This document shows positions 8,589 through 12,720 of a stretch of DNA of 12,720 nt, in pieces. The DNA is taken from the NCBI GenBank assembly GCA_046758505.1, contig JBHIAH010000079.1, positions 1 to 12,720 of the forward strand. The letters run 5' to 3'. Position numbers and translations under genes: made by a program. The notes beneath the pieces were generated by a model. The model did no database searches and had not been told where the DNA came from. It saw nothing but the letters and a program-made list of their open reading frames with translations. This stretch comes from Candidatus Methylomirabilales bacterium (GTDB lineage Bacteria; Methylomirabilota; Methylomirabilia; Methylomirabilales; CSP1-5). Numbering within the stretch: the first letter of the stretch is position 1; every line of letters begins with the position of its first letter.

Positions 8589-8618
8589 AGTATCCCTTGC
8601 GTGGGCGGGGGGTGTCAA
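8589..8618 (-). promoter_or_regulatory. sigma-70-type promoter candidate
   Basis: Minus strand TTGACA-N18-GATACT. Confidence 0.5.
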
Positions 8619-8676
8619 GGGGCAGGGCATACACCCCCACGGCCTGTCCGTCGGCGCTTCCCAGTTCCGTGAAACA

Positions 8677-9633
8677 CTACCGCCGTACGATGAGGGGTGT
8701 GAAGCCTTGCCGTTTGAGCGCGCCAAGCACCGCGAGGGCCTCGGACCGGTTTTCATAGTCCCCAACCCGGACGGCGTGCACCGGGGTGGGGGCGGTCGTG
8801 GAGTCGATCTTGGGGGTGTAGTTTTTCTGCTGCAGGTTGTGAGCCAAATCGATGGCCTGGTCGAGATGAAAGAATGACCCGACCTCTAACCGAAACGTCC
8901 CACCCGCGATCTTGACTAGCTTCGACGGAAATCCGTCACCCTTCAGCCGCCGCGCGGTCCGCTCTGCCTCTTCCCGGCTGTCAAATTCCCCGCCGAAAAC
9001 GCGATGGCGGGTGATGGGCGCAGTAACCGTGCGAATGACCGGCGTATATCCAAGCTCTTCCAAGCGCTTCTTGAGGGCGAGGGCGTTGCGCTCGACAACC
9101 AGAGACGCCACTTGGAGGGTGTATCGCTTTTCCCGCTTGACCTCGGGTTTGGGTCGCGTCGCCGTCGGCGTCGGGGGCGGCTCCTCTGGTACTGGTAAGG
9201 GGGGGGCCGCAGGCGGTTCGGGGACCAGGGGAGGAGCGGTTCCCTCGGGACGCGCTGTTATCTTGGGCGGGCCTTCCGCTGGTGGCTCCTCTCGTTTCAG
9301 GTCCCTGCATTGCACGTACCCTGATCTCCCCCACACCGCGGTTTCTCTGACCTTGCACCATTCGCCCTCCGCCGTTTTCTCGGCAGGCTCGACTTTCACA
9401 ACGTCGCCCCGCATGAGCTGCATAACCACGAGGCTCGCTGTGGTCGTCCGAGCGTACACCGGCACTCGGTCTCGCTTCACGGTCACCCGTTTCGCCGGGC
9501 CTTCCGCTTCTGCTGCATTGGCAACATGAGCGGCATTGGTCAAGGGGGCTGGTCCGCGCAAGAGAACCCCGATCAACGCCACAAGACACCCGAGTCGCAT
9601 GACCCGGCTCCGCTGCGTTGCGCGTTTTTCCAT
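8677..9633 (-). CDS. exported SH3-like + Pro-rich linker + tandem SPOR-domain protein (318 aa)
   Basis: Hydrophobic N-terminus; SH3b-like V..L.RGDVVKV…EWCKV…SGYV; Pro-rich linker; four SPOR half-repeats (YTLQVAS, HRVFGGEF, FRLEVGSF, HAVRVGDY). Alternative start ATG near 9600. Confidence 0.87.
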   Translation of the reverse strand: MEKRATQRSRVMRLGCLVALIGVLLRGPAPLTNAAHVANAAEAEGPAKRVTVKRDRVPVYARTTTASLVVMQLMRGDVVKVEPAEKTAEGEWCKVRETAVWGRSGYVQCRDLKREEPPAEGPPKITARPEGTAPPLVPEPPAAPPLPVPEEPPPTPTATRPKPEVKREKRYTLQVASLVVERNALALKKRLEELGYTPVIRTVTAPITRHRVFGGEFDSREEAERTARRLKGDGFPSKLVKIAGGTFRLEVGSFFHLDQAIDLAHNLQQKNYTPKIDSTTAPTPVHAVRVGDYENRSEALAVLGALKRQGFTPLIVRR

Positions 9634-9707
9634 CCCGGTCTCCCTCGCTTCCGAGGCTCCCTGTGCCGGTGCCCGTGGGCCGGGGCCAGCCTCCGATCGC
9701 CCTCGTC

Positions 9708-9737
9708 AGTATAGGTGAAGTCAACGCCCCTCAGCAA
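9708..9737 (-). promoter_or_regulatory. sigma-70-type promoter candidate for the SPOR gene
   Basis: Minus strand TTGCTG-N18-TATACT, about 75 nt upstream of ATG 9633. Confidence 0.45.
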
Positions 9738-9919
9738 GTCATTCACGGTGGCGCCGGCTCCGACCGTTAAAGGGTAAAGGTGAGAACAAGTCCGGATGCG
9801 TGGGCGAGGTGAGTCGGTGTCGCGCTTGGAGACCGAGCGGCCCGATGGGATCTGATTGCGCGATCCACCCGACATTACCCTCAGGTCCGCCGAGGACTCT
9901 CCGGGGAGACATTTGATTC

Positions 9920-9949
9920 TTGACACCGGAGGGGACCCGCTTGTAAGCT
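9920..9949 (+). promoter_or_regulatory. sigma-70-type promoter candidate
   Basis: TTGACA (9920-9925)-N18-TAAGCT (9944-9949). Confidence 0.55.
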
Positions 9950-9954
9950 CACAC

Positions 9955-10048
9955 CAGACGGGTACCGGTCCTGTCTGAAGGTTTCTCGGAACTTTTGATT
10001 GCTTTCAAAGCCCTCAAAGGCTTCGCGAGCCCTTGAGGGCTCTTTTTT
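9955..10048 (+). ncRNA. candidate ~95-nt small RNA or attenuating leader
   Basis: Bounded by the promoter above and a strong terminator; two short hairpins (CAGACGGG/CCTGTCTG and AAGGTTT/GAACTTT); no ORF inside. Confidence 0.45.
10009..10048 (+). terminator. intrinsic terminator
   Basis: Stem AGCCCTCAAAGGCT / AGCCCTTGAGGGCT (13 of 14 bp paired), loop TCGCG, then CTTTTTT. Confidence 0.85.
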
Positions 10049-10204
10049 CACGGATCACGCCGCGAAGGAGTCAACACTTCTGAGGGAGGAAGGATCAGTC
10101 CGTGAAATCGTAGGGGATCGAACCCTGGGTCGCTCATGACGCTATCCGTTGGCTGTTGTTTCCCCGATTCCGTCCATGCTGAGTCACGGAAGGGAGGAAA
10201 AGAG

Positions 10205-10642
10205 ATGACGGTTGCCTCGGGCACGAAAGTTTCCATCGAGTACACGCTCAGACTGGAAGACCAGGCGGTGATCGATACCAGTGTCGATGCCGAGCCGCTA
10301 ACCTACGTTCACGGATCGGATCAGATTATCCCGGGGCTGCAAAAGGCGTTAGAGGGGATGAAGATTGGTGAGAGCAAGCAGGTTGCGGTCCAGCCGGAGG
10401 AAGGCTACGGCGTTGTCGACGCAGACGCCTTCATTGAGGTGAAGAAGGAGCAGATTCCGCCGGATGCGCTGCGCGTCGATGCGCGGCTCCAGGGCCGGGA
10501 TCCCGGCGGCGAGCCTGTTCACGCCCGGGTAGCAGAGATCAAGGAGGAAACGGTTGTCCTCGACTTCAACCATCCCCTGGCTGGCCAGACCCTGTACTTC
10601 GACGTCAAGGTCCTGGATATCGTAACGGAACCAGCCACGTAA
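10205..10642 (+). CDS. FKBP-type peptidyl-prolyl isomerase, SlyD/FkpB-like, without a His-rich tail (145 aa)
   Basis: VSIEYTL, PLTYVHG..QIIPGL.KALEG, V.PEEGYG, insert-in-flap region, DFNHPLAG.TL.FDVKV; ATG 10205 behind GGGAGG (in-frame ATG 10136 also possible). Confidence 0.93.
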   Translation: MTVASGTKVSIEYTLRLEDQAVIDTSVDAEPLTYVHGSDQIIPGLQKALEGMKIGESKQVAVQPEEGYGVVDADAFIEVKKEQIPPDALRVDARLQGRDPGGEPVHARVAEIKEETVVLDFNHPLAGQTLYFDVKVLDIVTEPAT

Positions 10643-11181
10643 TCGCGTGGACCGACCCTGACCGAAGCGGTCCCCTGCGTGTCCGTCGGACTCGACGCGG
10701 ATTTTCCTGGTCTCATCCAACGTGCGCTGGACCGCAGCCGTCTCCGTGTGGCGGGACCCAGCGTGCCCGCATCCACAAGCCGCGGAGGCTCCACAACGTC
10801 CTCGAGTTCCCCACGTCTCCCCTCCGATGTCCACCACCCCCTCGTGACCTCCTCCAGCATTTCCTTCTGGGAGACGATCCCCCCGTACAGCACCCGCCGT
10901 GGCGCCTCCGGCTCTTAAAGCATGGGCCGGGGGAATGCCTCTTCGTATATAAGGTTCCGCCTGGGGCGGCCATGCCCTCGTGCGACTTTGGGAGACCAGG
11001 CAAGCGGGGACTCTGTCGCGGATCGGTGTGTCCCTATCCGGGCGGGTGTCCAGCAGATCGGGGAGGGCAGGGTGTGTGTCCCCCCGCGCCCGGTCGAAGA
11101 TCGTCACCACTGGGTACCTAGGATAAGAGAGGTCCACTCTCAGAGCCCCTTTGATTTCAGCGGGTTCCGGGCAACAGGCCT

Positions 11182-11197
11182 TGGCACGAAGATCGCA
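11182..11197 (+). promoter_or_regulatory. sigma-54 -24/-12 promoter upstream of the PilZ fusion gene
   Basis: TGGCACGAAGATCGCA: perfect TGGCACG and GG-N10-GC spacing; about 155 nt before ATG 11354. Confidence 0.65.
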
Positions 11198-11353
11198 GGG
11201 CTTTCCGGAGGGTGTCCCCTGTCCGGCGCGGTCGCAGTCTTCATGCAGATAGGGAGAAGAGACGTCCGAGGATGGGGGCACATCATGGGACCGCGGTGCA
11301 ACCGGCCAGACGTACCGTATGCCCGGTCAAGCGGGGGCTGTGAGGAACTGGTG

Positions 11354-11980
11354 ATGTCGAAAGATCGCAAGCCGTCACATCGGGCTGATGTCCGAGTCCG
11401 CGTCAAGACATCGGCGGGGACCTATATTGGCCTGGTGACGCTGCCAGAGTTCAAGAAACGATTATCGGATGTACTGAATGATAAGCGGCCCTTCGTGTTG
11501 CTCCACGATGTCGAGGTGCTGGAGACCGGTCAATGCGTCCCGTTCCTCGCCGTGCAGAAGTCCACGATTGAGGTCGTCGAAGAGGACGACCTTCCCGTCC
11601 CCACGAGATCAGCGGCGCCCCCAATCACGGAGACCCATGAGTTCTGCCTAGGGGAGGAAGAGCGCCGCAAATCCATCCGGCGCAAGCCGCTCCACTGCAT
11701 CACCGTGAACGTGGCGCCCGGCGGCTGCGCATCCATCGTTGACTTCAGCGAGACGGGTTTTTTGCTTGAGCACCGATTCCAGCTCCGCAGTGGGCAGGTC
11801 GTTTTGATGTGCATTGGCGACCGGACGTGTCGTGCATTGGTCCGGGCGGCTGTGCGTCATACGCGGGTGCACGTGTCGGCAGATGCTGGGGTCGTCTATC
11901 AGACCGGCGTGGAGTTCTTAGAGGCTGTGGATGGATTGTTCGAGGGGCTTGGGCTCGACTTGAAGAGTCCCGCGCAGTAA
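11354..11980 (+). CDS. two-domain protein: N-terminal DUF6812-like domain plus C-terminal PilZ domain (208 aa)
   Basis: N-terminal VRVKT..GTYIG…RLSDVLND.RPFVLL.DV…FLAVQKSTI; C-terminal RKSIR (RxxxR), DFSETG (DxSxxG), YQTGVEF. Start ATG 11354 (or GTG 11351) behind GAGGA; the track's extension to 10922 does not look protein-like. Confidence 0.8.
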   Translation: MSKDRKPSHRADVRVRVKTSAGTYIGLVTLPEFKKRLSDVLNDKRPFVLLHDVEVLETGQCVPFLAVQKSTIEVVEEDDLPVPTRSAAPPITETHEFCLGEEERRKSIRRKPLHCITVNVAPGGCASIVDFSETGFLLEHRFQLRSGQVVLMCIGDRTCRALVRAAVRHTRVHVSADAGVVYQTGVEFLEAVDGLFEGLGLDLKSPAQ

Positions 11981-12081
11981 CCGCGTTTCCCCGCCAGAGT
12001 CGGAGTGTCACGTTGCCAGGCGTGACCGAGACGCCCGACTCCGCTTTCCCATGCTCCGCACATGCCAGAAAATCGTGATCC

Positions 12082-12603
12082 TTATTCACCGTAGACCCAA
12101 TCGGGGCGTCTGCGCAGCAAGACACGAAAATCCATCCGAATTTCCTCTACGGTGGGTCGCCCGACGTACCACCACCCATTGTAAATCTTGTAGATGGTCC
12201 GATTCCGATCGAGGATGAAGGTGTACGGGATGTAGACCTCGCCGTGGTGGGGGTCAGTCGTGTCGACCATCTCCAACGTATGGAGTAATGTGCGGTCTCG
12301 GTCCATCAGGAACGGCCAGTCGGCGGCAAGCGCGTCGCGCATTTCCCGGGTGTTCATCTTGTCATCGACCGACACCGTGATGAGCTTGCAGTAGTTGACC
12401 TTCAATTCGGGTTGCAGATGGGTCACGTAGTTCGTCAACTGACGACGATCTTTGGGTCAATAGTACCCGCGGATGAAGATGAGGGCGCCGGGGAAGCCGC
12501 GCAGTAATTGGGACAGGTTCCGCATGGTGCCGTCCTGGTCCGGCAATTCAAAATCGGGAAACGGGTTGTCGACGCGTAAATCCGACCGCATGGGATATTC
12601 CAT
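12082..12603 (-). CDS. AhpC/TSA (redoxin, peroxiredoxin-like) protein with in-frame TGA, probable selenoprotein (173 aa, Sec49)
   Basis: ATG 12603 behind GGAGGAGGT reads MEYPMRSDLRVDNPFPDFELPDQDGTMRNLSQLLRGFPGALIFIRGYY-TGA(12459..12457)-PKDRRQL and continues in frame into the track's 12082..12438 ORF (LITVSVD, WPFLMD, PYTFILD, IYNGWWYVGRP). Confidence 0.88.
12426..12456 (-). promoter_or_regulatory. candidate bacterial SECIS element
   Basis: After UGA: CCCAAAGAUCG-UCGUC-AGUU-GACGA-ACUACG. 5-bp stem; the apical loop starts 16 nt after UGA, with G at loop position 2 followed by U. Confidence 0.55.
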
Positions 12604-12678
12604 GGGCCACCTCCTCCCGCACGGGTGTGGTCAGACATTGGTGAGTTTCTGTTGACGGCGATGGCCATCTGCGGGGCA

Positions 12679-12708
12679 AATATACGCGAGCCTGCAACCC
12701 GAAGGCAA
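12679..12708 (-). promoter_or_regulatory. sigma-70-type promoter candidate for the redoxin gene
   Basis: Minus strand TTGCCT-N18-TATATT, about 75 nt upstream of ATG 12603. Confidence 0.45.
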
Positions 12709-12720
12709 GCAATTGGTAGT

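Noticed and set aside
9880..9900. TCAGGTCCG resembling SRP RNA domain IV
   Set aside because: Lacks the GGAA tetraloop and the following AGCAG motif.
10922..11353. 144-aa N-terminal extension of the PilZ fusion ORF
   Set aside because: Arg/Gly/Cys/Pro-rich shadow composition, and it contains the sigma-54 promoter motif.
12082..12438. 118-aa ORF with a TTG start as a complete gene
   Set aside because: No RBS, and it lacks the N-terminal part of the redoxin fold, which lies in frame upstream of the TGA.
12457..12459. Alternative genetic code (UGA = Trp or Gly)
   Set aside because: Several clear genes here end at TGA at their expected C-termini (rhodanese, S9 peptidase, DUF2784, PilZ), and Trp is encoded by TGG.

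Overview
GC-rich window from a diderm bacterium (Pal/OmpA lipoprotein, SPOR protein, lipoboxes). It is a patchwork of unrelated genes with no mobile element, CRISPR array, rRNA or tRNA. It encodes a small membrane protein, a two-domain rhodanese, an S9 peptidase, a DUF2784 membrane protein, a stand-alone GAF protein, a glycine-zipper lipoprotein, a His/Gly-rich secreted protein, an orphan Pal-like protein, a tiny Zn-ribbon ORF, two PilZ proteins, an SH3+SPOR protein and an FKBP/SlyD-type PPIase. The main hidden feature is the last gene (12603..12082, minus), which the ORF track splits. It reads as one 173-aa AhpC/TSA (redoxin)-fold protein with an in-frame TGA at the catalytic Cys position (RGYY-U-PKD), followed by a bacterial SECIS-like hairpin, so it is a probable selenoprotein. 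Two promoter-to-terminator units lack a convincing gene and are candidate sRNAs or attenuators (about 9956..10048 plus; about 8583..8447 minus). One carries a 14/15-nt match complementary to the selenoprotein RBS and start codon. Three sigma-54-type promoters are also present. All family calls come from motif recognition; no database searches were run.
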